Assembly: GCA_934464705.1 (NCBI GenBank)
Contig: CAKSKB010000013.1
Span: forward strand, 139 to 64,138
Direction of reading: 5' to 3'
DNA: 64,000 nucleotides
Source: an uncultured Clostridia bacterium
Lineage (GTDB): Bacteria > Bacillota > Clostridia > HGM11514
Positions 47,647 through 55,668 of this stretch are shown piece by piece (the stretch's first letter is position 1; each line of letters begins with the position of its first letter). Under the pieces are notes generated by a model. That model did not search any database. It was not told the origin of the DNA and saw only the letters and a program-made list of their open reading frames with translations. The translations under genes were made by a program, and so were the position numbers.

Positions 47647-48510
47647 ATGAAGAAAATCATATTATTTGTTTTGACTTTAACGGTGGCGGTTTCCGCCTTT
47701 ACTGCGGTTTATGCAAAAGATGAAATTACGGTAAGGCTTAACGGCGAAACCCTTAGCTTTGCCGATCAGGAACCGGTTATTCTGAATGACCGCACTATGG
47801 TTCCGTTCCGTGCGATTGCCGAAGCGCTCGGCTGCATAGTCGAATGGTACCCAGAAATGCAGGAAGTCTATGTTGCTTTCGGCATGAATCAAAAGGTGAA
47901 AATCGTTGTGTTTGCGGTTGAGCAGCAGCAGATAAGGCTTATTGATTACTTCAACGGTGAGAAGGGTATGGAACAGGAAATCAACTCCATAAGGGGTGAT
48001 GTTCCGCCGACGATTATAAATGACAGAACAATGATTCCGCTGCGCAGCCTTGCCGATTCGATGGGTGCTGATGTTTCGTGGGACGGTGCGTCAAAAACCG
48101 TTGACATAAACCTTGACAATTCGGGGTTTGTTTCCGTGACCGACGATGACTGCATAAATTATCTTGCGGAAAGATATTACAAAGTGAATTATATTTTTAC
48201 CAAAGATGAGGATAAGGCAAATACCGCTGCTGAAAAAGCGGCTTCGGGCAGTAATTTTGACGAACTCATAAACGAGTACACGGAAGATGAAAACTATACT
48301 TATGTTTACACCGAAGGCGAGATGATTCCGGCTTTTTCGGATACTGTTAAGAATCTGTCTTTGGGCGAGGTTACACAAACGCCAATTAAGACGGATGACG
48401 GGTATTTTATAGTAAAAAGGCTCGGGTTTGACAAGTCTGCGGACGAATCGGTTATAGACGATATAAGATTAAGCGTACTTTTTGTTAATTCCGGATTGGA
48501 TGTTGAATAA
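47647..48510 (+). CDS. secreted copper-amine-oxidase-N-like (stalk) repeat + PpiC/parvulin-type PPIase protein
   Basis: Signal peptide, two NDRTM(V/I)P(F/L)R stalk-domain repeats, and a C-terminal parvulin-like region (GEVTQTPIKTDDGYFIVKRL). Confidence 0.6.
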   Translation: MKKIILFVLTLTVAVSAFTAVYAKDEITVRLNGETLSFADQEPVILNDRTMVPFRAIAEALGCIVEWYPEMQEVYVAFGMNQKVKIVVFAVEQQQIRLIDYFNGEKGMEQEINSIRGDVPPTIINDRTMIPLRSLADSMGADVSWDGASKTVDINLDNSGFVSVTDDDCINYLAERYYKVNYIFTKDEDKANTAAEKAASGSNFDELINEYTEDENYTYVYTEGEMIPAFSDTVKNLSLGEVTQTPIKTDDGYFIVKRLGFDKSADESVIDDIRLSVLFVNSGLDVE

Positions 48511-50402
48511 TGGCGTTAATTTCAGTTAGCAGTCTGTCCAAATCCTTCGGTGCGGATGAGCTTTTCAGCGGCGTTACATTTGGGATTGAGGACAGGGACA
48601 AGGTCGGGCTTGTGGGCGTTAACGGCTGCGGCAAGACCACACTCATGAAAATTCTTCTCGGGCTGGAGCCTTCCGACTCGGGAGAAATATATATAAGAAA
48701 GAACTGCCGGATTTCATATCTTGAGCAGCAGACCTCGTCGGTTTCGCTGAAGCCGCTTTATGATGAGGTCTTGTCGGTGTATTCAGACCTTATTGAGCTT
48801 GAAAAAAAGATTGAGGAAATGAACGGAAAAACCGATATGACCGAGGAGGATGCAAGCCTTGCGGCGAAGCTTCACGAAACTTATGTCAGCGGCGGAGGGC
48901 TTGAATTCAGAAGCCGTGTTTCGTCGGCACTGAAAGGTCTTGGCTTTTCGGAAAATGATTTTTCGCTTTCGGTTTCAAAACTCAGCGGAGGGCAGATTAC
49001 AAGGCTTTTGCTTTGTAAAACGCTTCTTTCGGGTGCGGATATGATTTTTCTGGACGAACCTACGAACCATCTGGATATCGAATCTGTGCAGTGGCTCGAA
49101 AAGTTTCTTATTGATTATAAAGGGGCGTTTTTGGTTATATCGCATGACCGTTATTTCCTTGACCGCGTCACAAATAAAACCTTCGGTATGGGGCACGGGA
49201 AGTTTGCGGTTTACCCCGGGAATTATTCGGTTTATGTCAAACTGAAAGAAGAGCGGGAACTTACGGTTAAAAGAAATTACGATAACACAATGCGTGAGGT
49301 TAAACGCATTGAGGGTATTATCGAACAGCAGCGCCGCTGGAACCGTGAGAGAAACATCAGAACCGCTGAAAGCAAACAGAAAATGATTGACCGCATGACG
49401 GAAAATCTTGAAGCTCCCGAGGCGGCGGAAAAACATATCAGATTTAAGTTTGGCATTAACAAAGCAAGCGCAAACGATGTATTGAAGGTCAGCGGTGTTT
49501 CAAAGTCTTTTGGGGATAAGACGGTTTTTTCTGATGTCAATATGGATGTTAAAAAGTCCGACCGTGTATTTCTGCTCGGCAGCAACGGCTGCGGAAAATC
49601 AACGCTGTTTAAAATAATTATGAAGCGTCTTACCGCAAACGAGGGGACGGTTTCCGTCGGCACGGGCGTGGAAATAGGGTATTATGACCAGATGCAGAGC
49701 AACCTCAGCGAAAGCAAGGATGTGTTTACGGAAATATATGATGCATACCCGAAAATGCTTGAATCCGAGGTGAGAAACGCTCTTGCGGCATTCCTTTTCA
49801 GAGGGGACGATGTGTTCAAAACCATTTCTGATTTGAGCGGCGGCGAACGTGCAAGGGTACTTTTGTGTAAGCTGATGCTTTCCGGTGCAAACTTTCTGAT
49901 TCTCGACGAGCCGACCAACCATCTCGATATTGAATCATGCGAGGCGCTGGAATCCGCACTTTCGGATTACGAAGGCACGCTGCTTGTTGTTTCGCATGAC
50001 AGATATTTTATAAATAAGCTTGCCGAAAAAATATATTACCTTGACGGAAGCGTCAGGTTCTATGACGGCAATTACGATTATTTTATTGAAAAGTCCGCTA
50101 TGTTTGAAGAAACGAAACCAGCGGTTTGCAAAAAGGCGGAAAAGGTTAACGATTACAAACTTGAAAAACAAAAAAAATCGCAGTTTAACCGTCTGAACGG
50201 TCAGCTTTCACGCTGCGAGCAGAGTATTTCGGAACTTGAAGCGGAGATTGCAGAAAACAACAATCTGCTTTGCGACCCCGAAATTGCAGGGGATTATGTT
50301 AAAACGATGGAAATAACCGAACAGGTGAATGCGCTTTCCGCACAGCTTGATGAATTAATGGAAAAGTGGCAGGAACTAAGCGAACAATTGGAGGAATTTT
50401 AG
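48510..50402 (+). CDS. ABC-F family ATPase (tandem ABC domains, C-terminal coiled coil; Uup/YfmR-like)
   Basis: Two Walker A motifs (GVNGCGKTT, GSNGCGKST), two LSGG signatures, no TM domain, and an interdomain linker of about 65 aa. Confidence 0.8.
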   Translation: MALISVSSLSKSFGADELFSGVTFGIEDRDKVGLVGVNGCGKTTLMKILLGLEPSDSGEIYIRKNCRISYLEQQTSSVSLKPLYDEVLSVYSDLIELEKKIEEMNGKTDMTEEDASLAAKLHETYVSGGGLEFRSRVSSALKGLGFSENDFSLSVSKLSGGQITRLLLCKTLLSGADMIFLDEPTNHLDIESVQWLEKFLIDYKGAFLVISHDRYFLDRVTNKTFGMGHGKFAVYPGNYSVYVKLKEERELTVKRNYDNTMREVKRIEGIIEQQRRWNRERNIRTAESKQKMIDRMTENLEAPEAAEKHIRFKFGINKASANDVLKVSGVSKSFGDKTVFSDVNMDVKKSDRVFLLGSNGCGKSTLFKIIMKRLTANEGTVSVGTGVEIGYYDQMQSNLSESKDVFTEIYDAYPKMLESEVRNALAAFLFRGDDVFKTISDLSGGERARVLLCKLMLSGANFLILDEPTNHLDIESCEALESALSDYEGTLLVVSHDRYFINKLAEKIYYLDGSVRFYDGNYDYFIEKSAMFEETKPAVCKKAEKVNDYKLEKQKKSQFNRLNGQLSRCEQSISELEAEIAENNNLLCDPEIAGDYVKTMEITEQVNALSAQLDELMEKWQELSEQLEEF

Positions 50403-50929
50403 TGTATACCGAAAAATTATTGGAAGAAAACTGCATTTTTGATGGCAGGGTAATAAAGGTTTATAATAATAAAGTTGAACTTGAGAACGGCAGAACGGTC
50501 ACAAGAGAAGTTGTTAAGCATAACGGCGGCGTCGGAGTGCTTCCTGTTGATTCGGAAGAAAATGTTTATCTTGTAAGACAATACAGGGCAGGGGCGTCGG
50601 GCGAACTTCTTGAAATTCCGGCGGGCAAGCTTGAATCGGGTGAAGACCCCGTTAAATGCGGACTTCGCGAGCTTTCGGAGGAAACAGGTTTTTCGGCTTC
50701 CGGGATAGTTTCACTCGGGTATATTTATCCCACGCCCGGGTACGATACCGAAAAAATCCATATTTTTATTGCAAAAAACCTTAAGCCCGGGCAGCAGCAC
50801 ATGGATGAGGACGAGTTTCTGGATGTTGTGAAAATTCCGTATTACAAAGCCGTTATGATGATTGAAAACGGCGAAATTACCGATGCAAAAACTATAATTG
50901 CGCTGCTTCGGGCAGAGAAATGGATGTAA
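50402..50929 (+). CDS. NUDIX hydrolase (ADP-ribose pyrophosphatase-like)
   Basis: Nudix box GKLESGEDPVKCGLRELSEETG. The likely GTG start overlaps the ABC-F stop (TAGTG). Confidence 0.75.
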   Translation: MYTEKLLEENCIFDGRVIKVYNNKVELENGRTVTREVVKHNGGVGVLPVDSEENVYLVRQYRAGASGELLEIPAGKLESGEDPVKCGLRELSEETGFSASGIVSLGYIYPTPGYDTEKIHIFIAKNLKPGQQHMDEDEFLDVVKIPYYKAVMMIENGEITDAKTIIALLRAEKWM

Positions 50930-50932
50930 TTT

Positions 50933-52069
50933 ATGATAAATGAGCTTGAAATTGTGGTTCCGACGCTGTTCGGAATTGAGGCGATAACCGCAAGAGAAAT
51001 ACGAAGCCTGGGGTATGAAACAACCTCCGTGACCGACGGGAGAATTACTTTCAAAGGCGATCCGGAGGCGGTTTGCAGAGCCAATGTAAATCTTAGAACC
51101 GGTGAGAGAGTGCTTGTCAAGATCGGCGAATTCAAGGCAACTACTTTTGAAGAACTTTTTGAGAAAACCAAGCAGCTTCCGTGGGACAGGTGGATTACAA
51201 AGCATGTTGCATTCCCGGTTAAGGGATTCAGCATAAAGTCTAAGCTTTTTAGCGTTTCGGACTGTCAGGCAATCATAAAAAAGAGTATCGTTGAGTCGCT
51301 CAAGCAAAAGTATAAGGTTGATTGGTTTGACGAAAACGGTGCTGTCTATCAGGTGCAGTTCGGCATTATCAGAGATGCCGTAACGCTAATGATTGATACC
51401 AGCGGAAACGGGCTTCATAAAAGGGGCTACAGGCGGCAGTCAAACCTCGCGCCGCTTAGGGAAACCGTTGCGGCGGCGCTGATTATGCTTAGTTTCTGGC
51501 ATGAAAACCGAATTTTTGCCGACCCGTTCTGCGGTTCGGGTACCATACCGATTGAAGCGGCAATGATTGGGAAAAACATTGCTCCCGGGATTTCAAGGAG
51601 CTTCTCCGGAGAGAAGTTTTCGCAGATTGATAAAGCGCTTTGGAACAGGGCAAGGGAAGAGGCTAAAGACAGAGAATTTTCCGGGCGGCAGCTTGAAATT
51701 TATGCTTCCGATATTGATATGGACTGCGCTGCGCTCACAAAGCAGAATGCCGCAATAGCCGGCGTCGGCGATGACATAAGGGTTAAAAAAGCGGATGCGC
51801 GTGATTTTAAGCCTATGGGCGAATACGGCGTTATGGTATGCAATCCGCCGTACGGCGAGCGGCTCGGCGATATAAAAGAAGCCGAAAATCTTTACCGTGA
51901 TTTGGGAAAGGTTATGAAAAACTGCACTACATGGTCTTATTATATGCTTACTTCCGATGAGAATTTTGAAAGATGCTTCGGAAAAAAGGCAGATAAAAAG
52001 CGTAAAATTTACAACGGCATGATGAAATGCGATTATTATCAGTATTTCGGCCCGAAAATGAGGAGATGA
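50933..52069 (+). CDS. THUMP-domain class I SAM-dependent RNA methyltransferase (COG0116, RlmL/YpsC-like)
   Basis: N-terminal THUMP domain, DPFCGSGT motif I and the NPPYGERLG catalytic motif. Confidence 0.8.
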   Translation: MINELEIVVPTLFGIEAITAREIRSLGYETTSVTDGRITFKGDPEAVCRANVNLRTGERVLVKIGEFKATTFEELFEKTKQLPWDRWITKHVAFPVKGFSIKSKLFSVSDCQAIIKKSIVESLKQKYKVDWFDENGAVYQVQFGIIRDAVTLMIDTSGNGLHKRGYRRQSNLAPLRETVAAALIMLSFWHENRIFADPFCGSGTIPIEAAMIGKNIAPGISRSFSGEKFSQIDKALWNRAREEAKDREFSGRQLEIYASDIDMDCAALTKQNAAIAGVGDDIRVKKADARDFKPMGEYGVMVCNPPYGERLGDIKEAENLYRDLGKVMKNCTTWSYYMLTSDENFERCFGKKADKKRKIYNGMMKCDYYQYFGPKMRR

Positions 52070-52075
52070 TATAAT

Positions 52076-53146
52076 ATGACTTTTAACGGAAAATCAATGA
52101 TTTCATGCGGTCATACCGGCGGTGACGGTTTTAGAAAGCATTATTTCGAAGCGCTTGAAAAATACATATCCGATGCTGAAAATTCTTCTTACAGCAAAAG
52201 AGAAGTGTTCATGTCTTGCGAAAAACTAAAGTCTGATCCGGAATATTATCGTAAAAAATATATTGAAATGATAGGACAGCCGGTTTCGGAATATCCGTCG
52301 GACATACCGATTGCAACGGTTGAAAAATTCGGCGAAGATGATTTTGGGGAATACAGTTATGTTTCGGTTGAAGTTCTCAAATCATTGCCGTTTTTCGGTA
52401 TTTTGCATATGCCTAAAATGAGAGCTGATAGCGGAAAGCTTCCTTTGATTATAGCTCAGCATGGCGGCGGAGGGCTTGCAGAGTCTTGCAGTGATATGTG
52501 CGGCGAAAATAACTACAGTCATTTTACCAAGCGTATTCTTGAAAAGGGCATTGCGGTTTTTACACCGCAGCTTATGTTATGGAATTTTGATACTGTAACA
52601 CTTGATGAAAAATTTCCGGCGATTGATATGCCCAACAAGAGAAAAGAATTTGACGGTCGCCTGCGAAGCCTCGGCTTAACAATGACCGGATTGGAAGTGT
52701 TTAGCATAAGGCGCTGTCTGGATTATCTTTTAAGTTCGGACTTGTTCGATGATAATCGTGTTGGAATGTTAGGGCTTTCATACGGAGGATATTTTTCGCT
52801 TTATACCGCAGCGGCGGATCTTAGGATTAAGGCGGCGTATGATGCGGCGGCTTTCAATGACCGAAATGCCGAGTGCTTTTATGATTGGGCTTATAATGAT
52901 ATGCACAACAGATTCCATGATGCCGAAGTTGCGGGTTTGGTTGCTCCCAGACCGCTGTTTATTGATGTGGGTAAGGACGACGCCGTGTTCCACTATGAAA
53001 CTGCATTGCAGGAAGCCGAGCGTGTGAAGAAATACTATAAAGCATATGACAAAGATAATAATTTTAGCTTTAATCTTTGGGACGGCGGACATAAATTTGA
53101 TGTCGAAGGCATTAATTTTAATAGTTTTTTAGAATTATTTAAGTAA
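52076..53146 (+). CDS. alpha/beta hydrolase (esterase-like)
   Basis: Nucleophile elbow GLSYGG, with acid and His residues downstream. No signal peptide. Confidence 0.6.
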   Translation: MTFNGKSMISCGHTGGDGFRKHYFEALEKYISDAENSSYSKREVFMSCEKLKSDPEYYRKKYIEMIGQPVSEYPSDIPIATVEKFGEDDFGEYSYVSVEVLKSLPFFGILHMPKMRADSGKLPLIIAQHGGGGLAESCSDMCGENNYSHFTKRILEKGIAVFTPQLMLWNFDTVTLDEKFPAIDMPNKRKEFDGRLRSLGLTMTGLEVFSIRRCLDYLLSSDLFDDNRVGMLGLSYGGYFSLYTAAADLRIKAAYDAAAFNDRNAECFYDWAYNDMHNRFHDAEVAGLVAPRPLFIDVGKDDAVFHYETALQEAERVKKYYKAYDKDNNFSFNLWDGGHKFDVEGINFNSFLELFK

Positions 53147-53163
53147 TAACATTACGGTGTAGG

Positions 53164-53988
53164 GTGATTGTTTTGAGTAAAATTCCGACAGTGCTTGCAA
53201 TACATGATATGTCCGGCTTCGGCAGGTGCGCATTAACGGTTGTTGTGCCGGTTTTGTCTTCTTTCGGGATACAGGCTGTTCCGGTACCGACCGCGGTTTT
53301 ATCAACTCATACGGGTGGATTTACCGGTTTTTCAAGTGTTGACCTGACGGAATATATGAGCGGTACACTGCGTCATTATAAGACTCTCGGTTTGGATTTT
53401 GACTGCATTTACAGCGGATATCTTGCAAATGCTCAACAGGCAGAGATTGTGCGCAGCTTTATCGGTGCATTCGGGACAGGAAAACGGGTTGTTGTTGACC
53501 CGGCATTTGCCGACGACGGCGAGCTTTATTCCACAGTGACCGACGAACTTGTTGACGGCATGAGGGGGCTTGTTTCTTCGGCGGAGATTATTACGCCGAA
53601 TTATACGGAAGCGTCCATGATATTAAAGCGCGGAATCAAACAGTCTTTGACGGAAGAAGAAGCGGTTTCCCTCGGGCAGGATTTGCTTGGACTCGGCTGC
53701 AATACCGCTGTTGTAACGGGTGTTCCGTCCGGAGAAAAAATTCTTACAGCAGTTGTTTCAAAAACCGAAAATGAGATTATTTCGCAAAAAAGAATACATG
53801 TATCATATCCCGGCTGCGGCGATTTGTTTGCAAGCGCAATGACCGGCTCTATCATGCAGGGCAGAGGGATTGTCGATTCGGTGTGCTTTTCGGCGGAATT
53901 GGTTGAAAAATCAATAATCGAGGCGGAAAAACTCGGCGACCCGGTTAGAAACGGTCTGCCGTTTGAAAAATTCTTAAAGAAATTTTGA
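53164..53988 (+). CDS. pdxK: pyridoxal/pyridoxamine kinase (PdxK/PdxY ribokinase-like)
   Basis: N-terminus LAIHDMSGFGRCALTVVVPVLSSFGIQAVPVPTAVLSTHTGGF and a C-terminal GCGDLF anion hole. Confidence 0.75.
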   Translation: MIVLSKIPTVLAIHDMSGFGRCALTVVVPVLSSFGIQAVPVPTAVLSTHTGGFTGFSSVDLTEYMSGTLRHYKTLGLDFDCIYSGYLANAQQAEIVRSFIGAFGTGKRVVVDPAFADDGELYSTVTDELVDGMRGLVSSAEIITPNYTEASMILKRGIKQSLTEEEAVSLGQDLLGLGCNTAVVTGVPSGEKILTAVVSKTENEIISQKRIHVSYPGCGDLFASAMTGSIMQGRGIVDSVCFSAELVEKSIIEAEKLGDPVRNGLPFEKFLKKF

Positions 53989-54006
53989 AATTTTTATAAA
54001 AAACAC

Positions 54007-54035
54007 TTGACAAATTAATGCATTTGCGCTATAAT
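54007..54035 (+). promoter_or_regulatory. consensus sigma-A promoter for tRNA-Gln
   Basis: TTGACA at 54007-54012, a 17-nt spacer, then TATAAT at 54030-54035. Confidence 0.65.
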
Positions 54036-54054
54036 ATATAAGTCAGTTGAACAT

Positions 54055-54125
54055 AGCGAGATTGTGTAAAGGTAGCACGATTGACTCTGACTCAATTTGT
54101 GAGGGTTCGAATCCTTCTCTCGCTG
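54055..54125 (+). tRNA. tRNA-Gln (anticodon CTG)
   Basis: Hand fold: acceptor AGCGAGA/TCTCGCT, D-stem GTGT/GCAC, anticodon stem ATTGA/TCAAT with loop CTCTGAC, T-arm GAGGG-TTCGAAT-CCTTC, discriminator G. Confidence 0.75.
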
Positions 54126-54131
54126 CTTGAA

Positions 54132-54162
54132 AACCTACTCAGACGAGTAGGTTTTTTGTTTT
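54132..54162 (+). terminator. rho-independent terminator after tRNA-Gln
   Basis: AACCTACTC-agac-GAGTAGGTT followed by TTTTTTGTTTT. Confidence 0.7.
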
Positions 54163-54165
54163 GAA

Positions 54166-55441
54166 AATATTGCCGCAGCAGTATCGGCGTGGTACCCGGG
54201 TATGGAAGCCGGCAATGCGATTGCGGATGTTCTTTGCGGCAAGGTGAATCCTTCCGCGAAACTTACGATTACAATGGCGTCAAGTCTGGATGATTATTTG
54301 TCTACGAATAATTTCGGATCACAGGATACTGTATATAAGGAAGATATTTTTGTAGGCTACAGGCAGTTTGAAACATTTGACCCGACCTACAGCAAGGTTA
54401 ATTATCCCTTCGGGCACGGTCTGTCGTATACAAGCTTTTCGATTACTCCTTCCGTGACTGCCGCAAACGGCATATTAATGTCAGTGCTACGGTCAAAAAT
54501 ACAGGAAGCGTTGCCGGAAAAGAGGTTGCACAGGTCTATTTTTCAGCGCCGCAGAGAAATGCGTCTGATGTAAAACTTTCAAAGCCCGGCAAAGAGCTTG
54601 CGGTTTTCGGAAAAACCAAAACCCTTGCCCCCGGTGAATCGCAGACGCTGGAACTTTCGTTCCCGATAAGCGATATGGCAAGCTATGATGATATGGGAAA
54701 AGCCGGGCACAAGTCGGCTTATGTTCCGGAAACCGGAGATTATAAAATTTATGTCGGCAACTCTATAAAAAATACCGGCGAAAACGGCGTTCATGCTTCT
54801 GAGCGTTATGACCTTCTTACAACCGTTGCAAGGGGCGAGTGGGGCTTTGACGGATACTTCACTACCAACCGGGGCGGTTACACCGATGTGCCTTGCAAGA
54901 TTATTATAAAAGCAGGTAACGGCCTTATTCTTGGACACAATACCTATGGGGCGCCGGATCAGCTTAAGACAGCCCTTAAAGACGGGACACTCAAACGCGG
55001 TGAAATTGAAGTTTGCATAAAGCGTGTTCTTGAAATGATGCTTAAAACAACTGCTCCCGATAAGTTAAAAGACGACGCAGTTAAAATCAGCTCTATAGGC
55101 AGAATCAGAATCCCGGCTGTTGAGTATGTAAGTGCTTCATCGGGAGTCGGCACGGAAGCCGTTAAGACTCAGGACAGCTCCGGGAATTCCTTGAAAGACC
55201 CCGCAAACAACTATTTCAAGTCGGTTATGGAATGAAGATTTGGATAAAGGGCGATGCCGCACATTCTCTGACATTGCCTGTAATGATTGACGCACAGACA
55301 GCAGCTGCTGCGTCACCGAATACCGCATTTTCAGTCAAGGTGTTCGGATCTGCAATTACTTCCGATAATACTTATGTATTTAAGCATTATGTCGGCTCAA
55401 GCGAGGGCGAAGAAATGGAAGTAACCTATAAAGATGAATAA
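54166..55441 (+). pseudogene. 5'-truncated, frameshifted GH3 beta-glucosidase remnant
   Basis: Coding similarity begins at 54166 with AAVSAWYPGMEAGNAIADVLCGKVNPS...YPFGHGLSYTSF, which is the C-terminal domain of a GH3. A -1 frameshift falls near 54470. The GH3 FnIII-like domain continues in another frame (NVSATVKNTGSVAGKEVAQVYF...GDYKIYVGNS) to 55235. A further small ORF follows to 55441. The roughly 400-aa N-terminal catalytic domain is absent. Confidence 0.6.
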
Positions 55442-55524
55442 CTTACAGTAAAAACTGCTGTGAAAATTTCGGCTTGCTTTAGGCGAGTCGGAATTTTTTT
55501 GTTTTTAAAAATTAAAAAAACTAT

Positions 55525-55553
55525 TGACAAAAATGTAAAATTATGTTATAAAT
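55525..55553 (+). promoter_or_regulatory. sigma-A promoter (TTGACA-16/17-TATAAAT) with about 110-nt leader
   Basis: TTGACA at 55525-55530. The leader contains a 14-codon uORF (55565..55609, MSKYVKRGVVPLVM*) and a GTGATTT-cggca-AAATCAC hairpin. Confidence 0.45.
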
Positions 55554-55668
55554 AAAAAGGGAACAATGTCAAAATATGTAAAAAGAGGGGTGGTTCCGTT
55601 GGTAATGTGATTTCGGCAAAATCACGACGGTCTGTTTTAATAATATTATTTGGAAAGAAGGACAATAA

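Noticed and set aside
50711-51307. 198-aa minus-strand ORF across the NUDIX/THUMP-methyltransferase junction
   Set aside because: Antisense to two motif-supported genes, with no independent support.
54800-55000. EWGFDGY...KAGNGLIL segment reminiscent of the GH3 N-terminal catalytic motif (GFxGxVxSDW / KAGxD) located after the FnIII-like domain
   Set aside because: Its position after the C-terminal domain is wrong for a GH3 catalytic barrel. The resemblance is short and degenerate, and is most likely a coincidence within an accessory C-terminal domain of the remnant.
55442-55520. Terminator-like region after the GH3 remnant (AAAATTTCGGCTTGC...GGCGAGTCGGAATTTTTTTGTTTTT)
   Set aside because: A T-run is present, but the flanking arms do not form a clean complementary stem when paired by hand. 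It is left uncalled as a feature.
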